Assembly (NCBI GenBank): GCA_964649615.1
Contig: CAZYPW010000006.1
Location: 12,635-76,634, forward strand
DNA length: 64,000 nucleotides
From: an uncultured Gammaproteobacteria bacterium
GTDB taxonomy: Bacteria > Patescibacteriota > Microgenomatia > Daviesbacterales > UBA10151
Reading direction: 5' to 3'
A program made the translations under genes and the position numbers. The notes below the pieces were generated by a model. The model searched no databases, had not been told where the DNA came from, and saw only the letters and a list, made by a program, of their open reading frames with translations. Positions 9,271-17,997 of the stretch are shown one piece after another (within the stretch, counting starts at the first letter, position 1; every line of letters begins with the position of its first letter).

Positions 9271-9768
9271 CTAGGGTTTTCTCAGTGATTTTAAGATATC
9301 TACATTTTCTTTGTCTGGACCATTATCTGCAAAACCTGGGACTTCTAAAATAAATGGTAGCTCTTTTAAGGAAGGATTATTTAATAAATTCTCAAAGCCC
9401 TCTCTGCCTATCATTCCCTCCCCTATATTAGCATGCCTGTCTCTTTTAGAACCTAACTCAAATTTAGAATCATTAGCATGCACTACTGCTAAATTTTCTA
9501 GCCCTATCTCTTCCTAAAATTCTTCCAAAGTAGATTTTAAGCCAATTGGAGTTTTTATATCATAGCTTGAGGTGAAAGCATGGCAGGTATCTAAGCAAAC
9601 CTTAACCGTATTCCCACTTCCGATGTGGGAACGCACTCCTTTGCCTGCGATCGCATATGATTTTGTCAACACTTCTGCAGCTGCTAAATTCATGGCATAA
9701 ACTAACCATTCTATAGATTTTTGTAGGTGAGCAGGATTAGTAGAAACATGAGCTCCTACCTTTGTCAT
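9271..9768 (-). pseudogene. nfo: Endonuclease IV (nfo) remnant with internal deletion and frameshift
   Basis: The N-terminal ORF (9514-9768) has MTKVGAHVS and VCLDTCHAF but lacks about 130 core residues. The C-terminal motifs HANDSKFELGSKRDRHANIGEG are in another frame (9271-9483). The palindromic element at 9611-9631 lies inside. Confidence 0.55.
9611..9631. repeat. Family-1 palindrome TTCCCACTTCCGATGTGGGAA
   Basis: Inside the nfo remnant. Read as SHIGSGN on the minus strand. Confidence 0.9.
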
Positions 9769-9925
9769 AGAGCTAGATTATATCGAACACCGTATTTTTC
9801 TGGGTTAGTCTTTAAATTATCCATAGAAGTTTCCCAGCCTGCAAATTGGGGATTATTATTGATTACTTGGGCAAATCTTTTTTGTAGTTTTCAGATCAAA
9901 TTGCATTGACAACTAAAATTACCTA

Positions 9926-10978
9926 ATGTACTATGGGCAATACTGCTCTTCTGATATGGCCAAAATTGACTTAACTATTCCTTCCCTAGGATCTAGATTT
10001 GTTGATATTAGAGAAACAATTTCAGGTGATTCTTTTAATTGGAGTTGGACTAGGCCGCTGTCTCAGGTGGTTTTTTTGGCAATTCACCACACAGCTGGCC
10101 CAGACAGCCAAACCCCAGAACAAATTGCTAACTTTCATATTAGCTCTAATGGTTGGGGTGGAATTGGTTATCATTTTCTGGTTGACAAAAATGGGATTGT
10201 TTATTATGTGGGTGATATTTCAACAGCCAGGGCTAATGTAGCTAATTTAAATGACCAGGTTATTGGGATTTGTTTGATTGGCAGTTTTATGTCTGGAAAA
10301 GAGCCTACTGATGCCCAGATTAATTCTGCTAAAATCCTGTGTGATTTTTTTATTAATAATTATCCTGATTTAGCTAATTTAAATTCCTATGATCAGGTTA
10401 AAGGTCATAAAGAGCTTCCAGGCCAATCAACTGCTTGCCCAGGGGAAACATGGCCTTTATGGAAAACTAAGATTACCTCAGCCCCGATTGAATCGGGGTC
10501 AGGCAGCCCTACTCCACTTCCTACCTCAACTCCAGTAAGCGATAGAGGTGCCAAAATTACAGAAAGCTATAGAAAAGTATTAGGCAGGGATCCAGATATG
10601 GGTGGGCTGCAAACTTATACCAACGGGCTGTTGAGCATTGATCAGATAGTTTGGTCTATGGTGGCCTCAGAGGAGCATCAAAATTTAATAATGCTGGCTA
10701 AAGAAGCAGAAGATTTGAAAAACCAGGTGGATAACATGCAGACCTCTTTAACTTCTGTAAATCAACAATTGCTGATTTTGCAAGAAAGCCTAAGAGACAA
10801 AGATGAAGAAATTAACCGCTTGAGAGCTCAAAGCAGCCACGCTCCCAGCAATGGCAGCCCCCAACCTCCTAAGAGTGTGGATAATACCTTGACTATCGCT
10901 GATCTTTTTATTAATTTATACAAGTTCATATTTCCGTCCAGAAAGGAAGCCCCGATTAAATCGGGGTTGATTAAATAG
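9926..10978 (+). CDS. N-acetylmuramoyl-L-alanine amidase (Amidase_2/PGRP) with DUF4214-like region and coiled-coil tail
   Basis: VFLAIHHTAG and GHKELPGQSTACPG Zn-amidase motifs. KVLGRDPDMGGLQTYTNGL matches DUF4214. C-terminal heptad-rich region. Confidence 0.75.
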   Translation: MYYGQYCSSDMAKIDLTIPSLGSRFVDIRETISGDSFNWSWTRPLSQVVFLAIHHTAGPDSQTPEQIANFHISSNGWGGIGYHFLVDKNGIVYYVGDISTARANVANLNDQVIGICLIGSFMSGKEPTDAQINSAKILCDFFINNYPDLANLNSYDQVKGHKELPGQSTACPGETWPLWKTKITSAPIESGSGSPTPLPTSTPVSDRGAKITESYRKVLGRDPDMGGLQTYTNGLLSIDQIVWSMVASEEHQNLIMLAKEAEDLKNQVDNMQTSLTSVNQQLLILQESLRDKDEEINRLRAQSSHAPSNGSPQPPKSVDNTLTIADLFINLYKFIFPSRKEAPIKSGLIK

Positions 10979-10979
10979 G

Positions 10980-11273
10980 TTGGAAGGATTTAATTTGTCT
11001 CCAGTGGTAGCTATTTTTGCTTTTACAACTTTAAATGAATCTATCATTGAATATCTATTTGGTAGTGTTAAGCAGTTGCACCCTTATCTGCCATTGCTTT
11101 CACTCTCATCTGGGATTTTATTGGCTTTTTTGTATCAAATAAATATATTCAGTAGTGTATTAGGAGTAGAAAGTGGCAGCCCATTTTTAGATTTTCTGCT
11201 TTCTGGTTTTGTCATATCCCGCGGTTCTAATTTTGTTAATGATTTTGTCAGAAAAATTTTAGGAAGCAAATAA
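10980..11273 (+). CDS. Small 2-3 TM membrane protein (holin-like position)
   Basis: Hydrophobic 97-aa ORF immediately downstream of the amidase. Confidence 0.35.
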   Translation: MEGFNLSPVVAIFAFTTLNESIIEYLFGSVKQLHPYLPLLSLSSGILLAFLYQINIFSSVLGVESGSPFLDFLLSGFVISRGSNFVNDFVRKILGSK

Positions 11274-11275
11274 TT

Positions 11276-11515
11276 TTATACAGGTTTGCCGGCCAGGCCA
11301 TAGATTAATAAATCCTGCACAAACCCTATTGCCTGAAATGGCCAAGTTATAATTACTGAGTAAAATCCTGGGGAAAGAAAAGAAAGAACAGGCCATCTGT
11401 AGTAAGCTGCAAAAATGATGGCAAAGACAAAACCAATCATAAAATATCCTATGGCAATTGTGGACAAGAGTTTTTCTTTAGACATGAGATTTTTCTGCTT
11501 GCTCAGCTTTTTCAT
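11276..11515 (-). CDS. Small membrane protein, hypothetical
   Basis: Two predicted TM helices. Overlaps the gyrA stop by about 38 nt, so it may be spurious. Confidence 0.25.
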   Translation of the reverse strand: MKKLSKQKNLMSKEKLLSTIAIGYFMIGFVFAIIFAAYYRWPVLSFLSPGFYSVIITWPFQAIGFVQDLLIYGLAGKPV

Positions 11516-13946
11516 TGGATGAAACAGTTGTAGCTGCAGCTACTTTCTCTCCTGGCCTGGTTCTCATTAAAATAACTCCTTGGGTTTGTCTTTGCAGTGT
11601 AGGCACCTGTTTTAGCTCCATTTTAATAAGCTGTCCTTTAGTAGAGGTTAAAACTAAAGTATCCAAACTTTTATCTAAAACCTGGGCTGTCACAATATTG
11701 CCAGTTTTAGCAGTAATTTGGGCTGCTTTTACTCCCTGCCCGCCTCTTCCTTGTCTGCTCCAAGCAGAGGTGGCAGTCTTTTTGCCCAAACCATTTTCCA
11801 TAATTACCAAAAGTGTTCCTTCCTCCTTGCCCACTATGTTTAAAGACACAACCTGGTCATCGCTACCCAGCCTAATCCCTCTGACTCCTGAGGTATCTCT
11901 GTGGGTGGGTTTTACTCCCTTTTCAGAAAATCTAATGCTTTTGCCCTTTTTGGAAACAATGATTACATCACTCTCCCCGTCAGTAGGGCTTACCCAACCC
12001 AGTTCATCTCCACTATCTAATTTAATAGCTACTAATCCATTTTTTCTAATATTGGCATATTCTTCTATAGCTGTTTTTTTAACCGTGCCACGGGAGGTGC
12101 ACATAAAGAAATACTTGGCTTTTTCCCCTTTGCCTCTGGTGGTTAAAACAGCAGTCACCTTTTCTCCCTGTTCTACATTAATTAGGTTAACAATAGCTTG
12201 GCCTTTGGCTGCCCTTTGAGTTTCTGGGATGTCCCAAACCTTAATTTGAAAAACCCTGCCTTTGTCTGTAAAAAATAAAATACTATCATGGGTTTGGGTA
12301 TAGAAAATATGGGAAACAGCATCTGTTTCTTTGGTAGAGATGCCCATTACTCCTTTGCCGCCTCTGGCTTGAGTCCTAAAAGAGTGTGGTGATTGCCTTT
12401 TAACATAGCCTCCTTCTGTAATGGTAACTATGGTGATTTCATTTGGCACCAAATCTTCTTCTGAAAACTCTCCCACTTTTTGCTGGTAAACTCTGGTTTT
12501 TCTAGGATCAGAGTATTTTTCTTTAATTTTGGAAATCTCATCTTTAATTACTTTTAAGATCTTTTCTGGATGGGCTAATAAATCCTCCAAGTAAGCAATT
12601 AATTCTTTAACCATTTTTAACTCTTCTTCAATCTTTAATCTTTCCAAAGCAGCTAAGCGCCTTAATTGCATATCCAAAATAGCTACCGCTTGAATTTCTG
12701 ATAATTTAAACTTTGCCATTAAATTTTTCCTGGCTTCTTCTGCATCTTTAGATTTTTTGATAGTTTCAATCACTGCATCAATATTTGCTACAGCAATCAT
12801 TAGGCCTTCTAAAATATGCTCACGGGCTTTAGCTTCTTTTAATTCAAACTCAGTCCTTCTTTTGATAATTGTTTGCCTGTGTTTAATAAATTCTTCCAAA
12901 ATATGCTTTAAGGTTAAAAGGTGCGGCACTCCATCCACTAAAGCCACCAAATTTACATTAAAAACAGACTGCATGGCTGTGGATTTATATAAATTATTTA
13001 AAAGGGCTTGGGGTTTGGCGTCTCTTTTTAGATCAAAAACAATCCTGACCATCTGTTTTCTATCTGATTCATCCCTTAAATCTGCTATTCCTTCTAATTT
13101 TTTGTCTTTTACTAAATCTGCAATTCTAGCAATCAGGGTGGCTTTATTAACTTGGTAAGGCAGTTCTGAGACAATAATTTGCATTTTGCCTTGTGGGGTT
13201 TCATCAATCTCTACTTTGGCTCTCATCACAATCCTGCCTTTGCCTGTCCCGTAAGCTGCTGTTATTTCTGTCTGGTCATAAATTGAAGCTCCAGTGGGAA
13301 AGTCAGGGCCTTTGACAAATTTCATCAAATCTTCAACAGTAGCCTCTTTATGCTCTATCATGTAAATCAATGCCTCACAAACTTCTCCCAAATTATGGGG
13401 AGGGATTTGAGTAGCCATCCCAACAGCAATGCCTGAGGCTCCATTAAGCAGCAGGTTGGGAATAACTGAAGGAAGCAAAGTGGGCTCCTTAACAGTTCCA
13501 GAATAATTATCTACAAAATCAACTGTATTTTTAGAAATATCCCTTAATAGCTCATCAGCTATGGCAGATAACCTGGCCTCTGTATACCTCATGGCTGCAG
13601 GAGAATCCCCATCTATTGAGCCATAATTTCCTTGGCCATCTATCAACATATATCTAAGAGAGAAATTTTGGGCCATTCTAACCATAGCCTCATAAACTGG
13701 GGCATCACCATGGGGATGCAAATTTTTCAAAACTTCACCCACCACAGCAGCACTTTTTTGGTATCTTGAGGTATGGTGCAAATTTTGCTCATGCATAGCA
13801 AAAACAATTCTTCTCTGGACTGGTTTTAGCCCATCTCTCACATCAGGCAGGGCACGGGAAACAATTACAGACATGGCATAATCCAAATAGGATTTCTGCA
13901 TCTCATCAATTATTGGGGCTGGCTGGATTTTACCAATGTTACTCAT
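11478..13946 (-). CDS. gyrA: DNA gyrase subunit A
   Basis: [10 protein letters not shown] and [10 protein letters not shown] active-site region. C-terminal beta-pinwheel repeats. Confidence 0.95.
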   Translation of the reverse strand: MSNIGKIQPAPIIDEMQKSYLDYAMSVIVSRALPDVRDGLKPVQRRIVFAMHEQNLHHTSRYQKSAAVVGEVLKNLHPHGDAPVYEAMVRMAQNFSLRYMLIDGQGNYGSIDGDSPAAMRYTEARLSAIADELLRDISKNTVDFVDNYSGTVKEPTLLPSVIPNLLLNGASGIAVGMATQIPPHNLGEVCEALIYMIEHKEATVEDLMKFVKGPDFPTGASIYDQTEITAAYGTGKGRIVMRAKVEIDETPQGKMQIIVSELPYQVNKATLIARIADLVKDKKLEGIADLRDESDRKQMVRIVFDLKRDAKPQALLNNLYKSTAMQSVFNVNLVALVDGVPHLLTLKHILEEFIKHRQTIIKRRTEFELKEAKAREHILEGLMIAVANIDAVIETIKKSKDAEEARKNLMAKFKLSEIQAVAILDMQLRRLAALERLKIEEELKMVKELIAYLEDLLAHPEKILKVIKDEISKIKEKYSDPRKTRVYQQKVGEFSEEDLVPNEITIVTITEGGYVKRQSPHSFRTQARGGKGVMGISTKETDAVSHIFYTQTHDSILFFTDKGRVFQIKVWDIPETQRAAKGQAIVNLINVEQGEKVTAVLTTRGKGEKAKYFFMCTSRGTVKKTAIEEYANIRKNGLVAIKLDSGDELGWVSPTDGESDVIIVSKKGKSIRFSEKGVKPTHRDTSGVRGIRLGSDDQVVSLNIVGKEEGTLLVIMENGLGKKTATSAWSRQGRGGQGVKAAQITAKTGNIVTAQVLDKSLDTLVLTSTKGQLIKMELKQVPTLQRQTQGVILMRTRPGEKVAAATTVSSNEKAEQAEKSHV

Positions 13947-14028
13947 CTAGAAAATTTAAAAAAGAGCTTAAAAGCTCTTGGATTATTATGCCTTATGATA
14001 GGAAAAAGTGCAAGGTTGATTAGGAGAA

Positions 14029-14487
14029 TTATCTACCTCTAGGCCTATTAATTCTGGCTGCAACAGCTTCATTTTTGAAATACTCATTTAAAGCGCCTGA
14101 AGGGTTTATAACTCTAGGAGACAATGGTTGTCCTTGATCATTTGTCTCAAAAATTATATGGCTACCGTTCAATATATAACCTCTAGTGGAGACAAATTGG
14201 AATCTTTCAGTAACAATTTGGGATTTTTTAGCAGCAAGCTCTAAATCAGGTATTTCATCTTCGGTGGCAGTAGGTACCATTTTAACTTCCCAGTATGGCG
14301 TCTCTTTGTTCGGAGTTAAAAGTGGGCTTTTACATTCGATAACATAATATATGCCTGTTCTAGGTTCCCCTTCCATATCTGGCGTATCATAACCTAAATG
14401 GAGTATTTTTGCTATGAATTCTTTGTTTATTGCTTGAGCAGCAGCATCTGCAGTGTCTTTACCATCAGCTTCATTAAATTTGCCCAT
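14029..14487 (-). CDS. Hypothetical protein
   Basis: 152-aa ORF with no recognisable motif. Paired with the next gene. Confidence 0.4.
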   Translation of the reverse strand: MGKFNEADGKDTADAAAQAINKEFIAKILHLGYDTPDMEGEPRTGIYYVIECKSPLLTPNKETPYWEVKMVPTATEDEIPDLELAAKKSQIVTERFQFVSTRGYILNGSHIIFETNDQGQPLSPRVINPSGALNEYFKNEAVAARINRPRGR

Positions 14488-14663
14488 GGCTTATATCTAT
14501 AATTAAATATATTGTTTAACATTTCAAGTGGCAGAATTCTTATTTAAACATTCGGCTAATAATGTTTTGAATCTTTTTGGAGTTAATTTGTGAAGGAGAA
14601 ATTTTCTTAGATTTTTTTGTTTCTAGAAAAATCTTTGCGCCTGTTCTACTTCAGCTGGATTAC

Positions 14664-15434
14664 TCATATTCCAAAAGTCAGACCTTGCTTAGGATGTCTA
14701 TCTCCTCCTAAAATAATTGTTTGCTGAATCTCAGCTAAAGTAGGCATATCTTGTTCCAAACCCTTAGGTTTATATCTTAGATATATATCATTGAAAACTA
14801 GAGTTTTAAAATCTGGATAACTTAATGGTAAGGGTAAAAAACGCCATTCTCCAAAGTTACGTCTATTTCCATCTTCTGGTTTTTGGAAACCTACAAAAAG
14901 GAGACGAGTATGTTCATCAAAAAGATCAGGATGCCCTGATCTATCAAGTCTGAGTCGACCCTGGACGCTGGCTAAGTCTGTACCCATCCCTAAAACAGTA
15001 CAAAGTCCTGCAATACGGTTACCATTTTCTCCATGTTGAATGATAAGAGCGTATGGAAAAGAAACAGGATTACCATCTGGATGAAGATTTTGATAAACAG
15101 CAGAAGTAGGAACAGGCGGAAGAACTGTTGCATTAGGATCCAGTTGTCCCTGCACCCAAGTTAAAGCTAAATCAGAATATACAGATCTTAGTAATTGTCG
15201 TACAAGTTGAACAGGATTTAAAGCGGGATTAAGGCTTTCTCGCATGCTTTGCCTATATACTCCTCTAAAGCCTCTGGTTCTTTTGTAGGCAGCAATCATA
15301 TCCCCTGCAGTTTCTTGTGTAGCAACAGCTCGTGCAAAAGCTCGAGTTTTCGGCGAGATTTCACCAGCCGAAATTATAGGTTGCACCATTCGGTAGGTTT
15401 GCTCTCTATGCTCTGGAGTTGTCGTTATTATCAT
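14664..15434 (-). CDS. Hypothetical protein (higher-GC, possibly acquired)
   Basis: 256-aa ORF. GC content is visibly above neighbours. No recognisable motif. Confidence 0.4.
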   Translation of the reverse strand: MIITTTPEHREQTYRMVQPIISAGEISPKTRAFARAVATQETAGDMIAAYKRTRGFRGVYRQSMRESLNPALNPVQLVRQLLRSVYSDLALTWVQGQLDPNATVLPPVPTSAVYQNLHPDGNPVSFPYALIIQHGENGNRIAGLCTVLGMGTDLASVQGRLRLDRSGHPDLFDEHTRLLFVGFQKPEDGNRRNFGEWRFLPLPLSYPDFKTLVFNDIYLRYKPKGLEQDMPTLAEIQQTIILGGDRHPKQGLTFGI

Positions 15435-15470
15435 TCCAATAATATACCCTAAATTCAGGAGAATTGCAAA

Positions 15471-16403
15471 CTATGGGGTTATTTTTAAGGCTGATTTGAT
15501 AATTTTATCTAAGAGTTGGGGAAATTCTAAGCCAAAAGCTTGAGCTGCTTTGGGCATTAAGCTTTGAGAGGTCATCCCTACCCCACAAGGAGGATTAACT
15601 TCTAACACAAATGGAGTGTTATTTAAAACAATCATATCTGTTCTGGAATATGGGTTAAGAGATAAAGTTTGGTGAAGTTTTAAAGCAATTTGCTGGGCTC
15701 TATTTTTAGTCTTTTCATCCAAAGATGGAGCTCCTACTATTTCTTTGCTTTCTCCACTATATTTATTTTTATAATCAAACCAGCCTTTATCTGGTGGAAT
15801 TATTTCTATAACAGGCAAAGCTTGATTGGAAAATACCCCTACAGTAATTTCTATTCCTTTAACATATCTTTCCACTAAAAAATAATCATCTAAGGAAAAA
15901 ATCTTTTTCACCAAAGGATTTTTTAAATCTTTTTCAGAAAGTAAAATCACTACTTCTTTAGATGAACCACCTCTGGCTGCTTTTAGCACACAAGGAAATC
16001 CAAACTTTTTAATATCCAGAGTATTTTTTACAACTTTCCACTCTGGCTTGGGGATTTCATTTTGGTCACAAAACTGATTAAACAGGATCTTATCAAAAGC
16101 TATTTCAGTAGATTTTGGGCCACAACCCACAAAAGGTTTATTTAATTTTTTCAGGAAAGTATAAAGAGTGCCATCCTCCCCTTCTTTACCATGAATCACA
16201 GGAAAGATTAGATCAAAATCTTGTGAGATTTTTTTAAGCTCAGAAAAGCCTTTTTTTAAATCAAAAAGCTTAACTTTATAAGCGGAGCTTACAGCTTGCT
16301 GATATCCCACCTCTTCCAGGCCCTTTTTAACATTTTCAGCAGAGATTAAAGAAATCTTTCTTTCAGAAGATGTTCCCCCAGTTATAACTAATATTTTTTT
16401 CAT
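15471..16403 (-). CDS. ddl: D-alanine--D-alanine ligase
   Basis: N-terminal MKKILVITGGTSSERKISL and an ATP-grasp C-terminal half. Confidence 0.85.
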   Translation of the reverse strand: MKKILVITGGTSSERKISLISAENVKKGLEEVGYQQAVSSAYKVKLFDLKKGFSELKKISQDFDLIFPVIHGKEGEDGTLYTFLKKLNKPFVGCGPKSTEIAFDKILFNQFCDQNEIPKPEWKVVKNTLDIKKFGFPCVLKAARGGSSKEVVILLSEKDLKNPLVKKIFSLDDYFLVERYVKGIEITVGVFSNQALPVIEIIPPDKGWFDYKNKYSGESKEIVGAPSLDEKTKNRAQQIALKLHQTLSLNPYSRTDMIVLNNTPFVLEVNPPCGVGMTSQSLMPKAAQAFGLEFPQLLDKIIKSALKITP

Positions 16404-17563
16404 ATAACTATTCTCTTTGTAGATTCTGCTAAATTAACTAGCAGTTCATAAGGAATGGTTTGGCAGATTTTAGCACAGTTTAAAATAGAATTTTTGCCCC
16501 TTGGATTATCGGAATAAACTATTACTTCTTGTCCAATATATGGTTTAGATACTTTGGTAATATCTATGGTGGTAATATTCATGCTGACTCTGCCTATGAT
16601 TGGACATTCAATACCATCAACAAAAACTATCCCTTTGTTAGATAACCTCAAATCAACTCCCTCATAGTAACCTAGTGGCAATATACCTACTGTCAGATTT
16701 CTTTTGGCAGTATAAAGACTCTCGTACCCTACCTTATCCCCTTTTTTTAGTTCTTTAATTTGAATAATCTTAGTTTTTAATTTTAAAACAGGTTTTAAAT
16801 CTACATTCCCACTTCGGATGTGGGAATTCGATATGCCATAGAGAGCAAGACCTACTCGGGCTATATTTACGTTGCAACCTCGAAGGTGGAATCGTAATAA
16901 TCCATCTGAGTTTTGGATATGAATATACTTTGGATTAAAACCAGCCTTCCTAACAATTTGTTGTACGTGCTTCAAATTGTTAATTTGCTTAAGATTCAAT
17001 CCATTCTTGGGATCATCTGCACAAGCAAAATGTGATATCAAACCTTCCACTTTTAAGTATTTTAGCCCTTTTAGTTCTTCTAAAAATAGTGGTAAATCTT
17101 TCATTTGAATGCCTTCTCTGCTCATACCAGTATCTACAAAAATATGAACACTACATTCTGGTTGATATTTACTTAAAACTTTAGCTGTTTTCAAATCATA
17201 TAAAGCAAAAGAAAAAGGCAGTTTTTTAACTTTAAAATTTTCAGGATTTGTATATCCCATTATTAAAATTTTAGTTTTAATCCTTGCTTTTAGTAATTCA
17301 TATGCTTCATATAAAGAATCAACACAAAAAAATGGTGCATTAACTTGGTCTAAAATTTTTGCTATCTCAACTATTCCATGCCCATATCCATTACTTTTTA
17401 TGACAGGGGCAACTTTAATTTTTTTAGTGCGCGAAGCGCGCGAGCTTTGCTCATTTAAAGAAGATAAATATTTGTAGTTATGAATTAAATTTGCTTTCGA
17501 CACCTCAATTAGATTTAAGGTTTGGTAATCTTTTTTAAATATTTTTAGAATTTTGCTTAACAT
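16400..17563 (-). CDS. alr: Alanine racemase
   Basis: PLP-lysine motif VIKSNGYGHG. Carries in-frame element insertions at 16806-16826, 16871-16890 and 17427-17447. Confidence 0.85.
   Translation of the reverse strand: MLSKILKIFKKDYQTLNLIEVSKANLIHNYKYLSSLNEQSSRASRTKKIKVAPVIKSNGYGHGIVEIAKILDQVNAPFFCVDSLYEAYELLKARIKTKILIMGYTNPENFKVKKLPFSFALYDLKTAKVLSKYQPECSVHIFVDTGMSREGIQMKDLPLFLEELKGLKYLKVEGLISHFACADDPKNGLNLKQINNLKHVQQIVRKAGFNPKYIHIQNSDGLLRFHLRGCNVNIARVGLALYGISNSHIRSGNVDLKPVLKLKTKIIQIKELKKGDKVGYESLYTAKRNLTVGILPLGYYEGVDLRLSNKGIVFVDGIECPIIGRVSMNITTIDITKVSKPYIGQEVIVYSDNPRGKNSILNCAKICQTIPYELLVNLAESTKRIVI
16806..16826. repeat. Family-1 palindrome
   Basis: In alr. Read as SHIRSGN. Confidence 0.9.
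16871..16890. repeat. Family-2 palindrome CAACCTCGAAGGTGG
   Basis: In alr. Read as FHLRGCN. Confidence 0.6.
17427..17447. repeat. Family-5-like GC hairpin GTGCGCGAAGCGCGCGAG
   Basis: In-frame in alr (SSRASRTKK). Confidence 0.6.
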
Positions 17564-17960
17564 TTTAGGAAAACTAATTATACATTATCCAATTTCTGAT
17601 TATTTCATTGGTTTTTATGGTACAGACATGTTTTATGTTTATGGAAGCTTTGGTTTAGTTGGGTTGATTGGTTTATGGCTGCGGTCACACAAAAGGCCTC
17701 TTTTTGTGATTAGCGGAGCTCTCTCCTCTTCCGTATTATTTTTTATCATCACTAATTTTGGAGTTTGGGCACCGCCAAATAATTGGTATCCCCATAATTT
17801 AAATGGCTTAATTAAAAGCTATACAATGGCATTGCCCTTTTTCAAAAATAGTCTAATTGGAGATGTTGGCTACACTATTATTTTATTTGGAGGATATGAA
17901 CTAACTAAAATATTTTCCAAGAAATACACCCCCCAAAAACTTTTTCAATTGCTCTACTGA
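17553..17960 (+). CDS. Membrane protein, hypothetical
   Basis: Four hydrophobic segments. Confidence 0.35.
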   Translation: MLNILGKLIIHYPISDYFIGFYGTDMFYVYGSFGLVGLIGLWLRSHKRPLFVISGALSSSVLFFIITNFGVWAPPNNWYPHNLNGLIKSYTMALPFFKNSLIGDVGYTIILFGGYELTKIFSKKYTPQKLFQLLY

Positions 17961-17997
17961 TTGGATTTCCCCATATTGCACAGGTATAATTTAGCAT

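Noticed and set aside
9150-9290. Possible SRP (4.5S) RNA on the minus strand (CGCGGAAGACUG resembles the GGAAG domain-IV motif)
   Set aside because: Similarity is limited to about 8 nt. The flanking helix-forming sequences of 4.5S RNA (GUCAGGUCC...GGCAG) are absent. Kept only as a low-interest unknown structured spacer.
9999-10241. 80-aa ORF in an alternate frame inside the amidase gene
   Set aside because: It overlaps the conserved Amidase_2 domain, which is encoded in another frame. Treated as spurious.
11515-12219. Long antisense ORFs inside well-supported genes (11515-12219 in gyrA; 22862-23269 in gyrB; 28037-28744 in pilC; 7355-7801 in the P-ATPase; 52733-53125 in atpA; 46793-47074 in the aaRS)
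   Set aside because: They lie on the opposite strand of genes with unambiguous conserved-motif support and have low-complexity composition. They are treated as spurious shadow ORFs.
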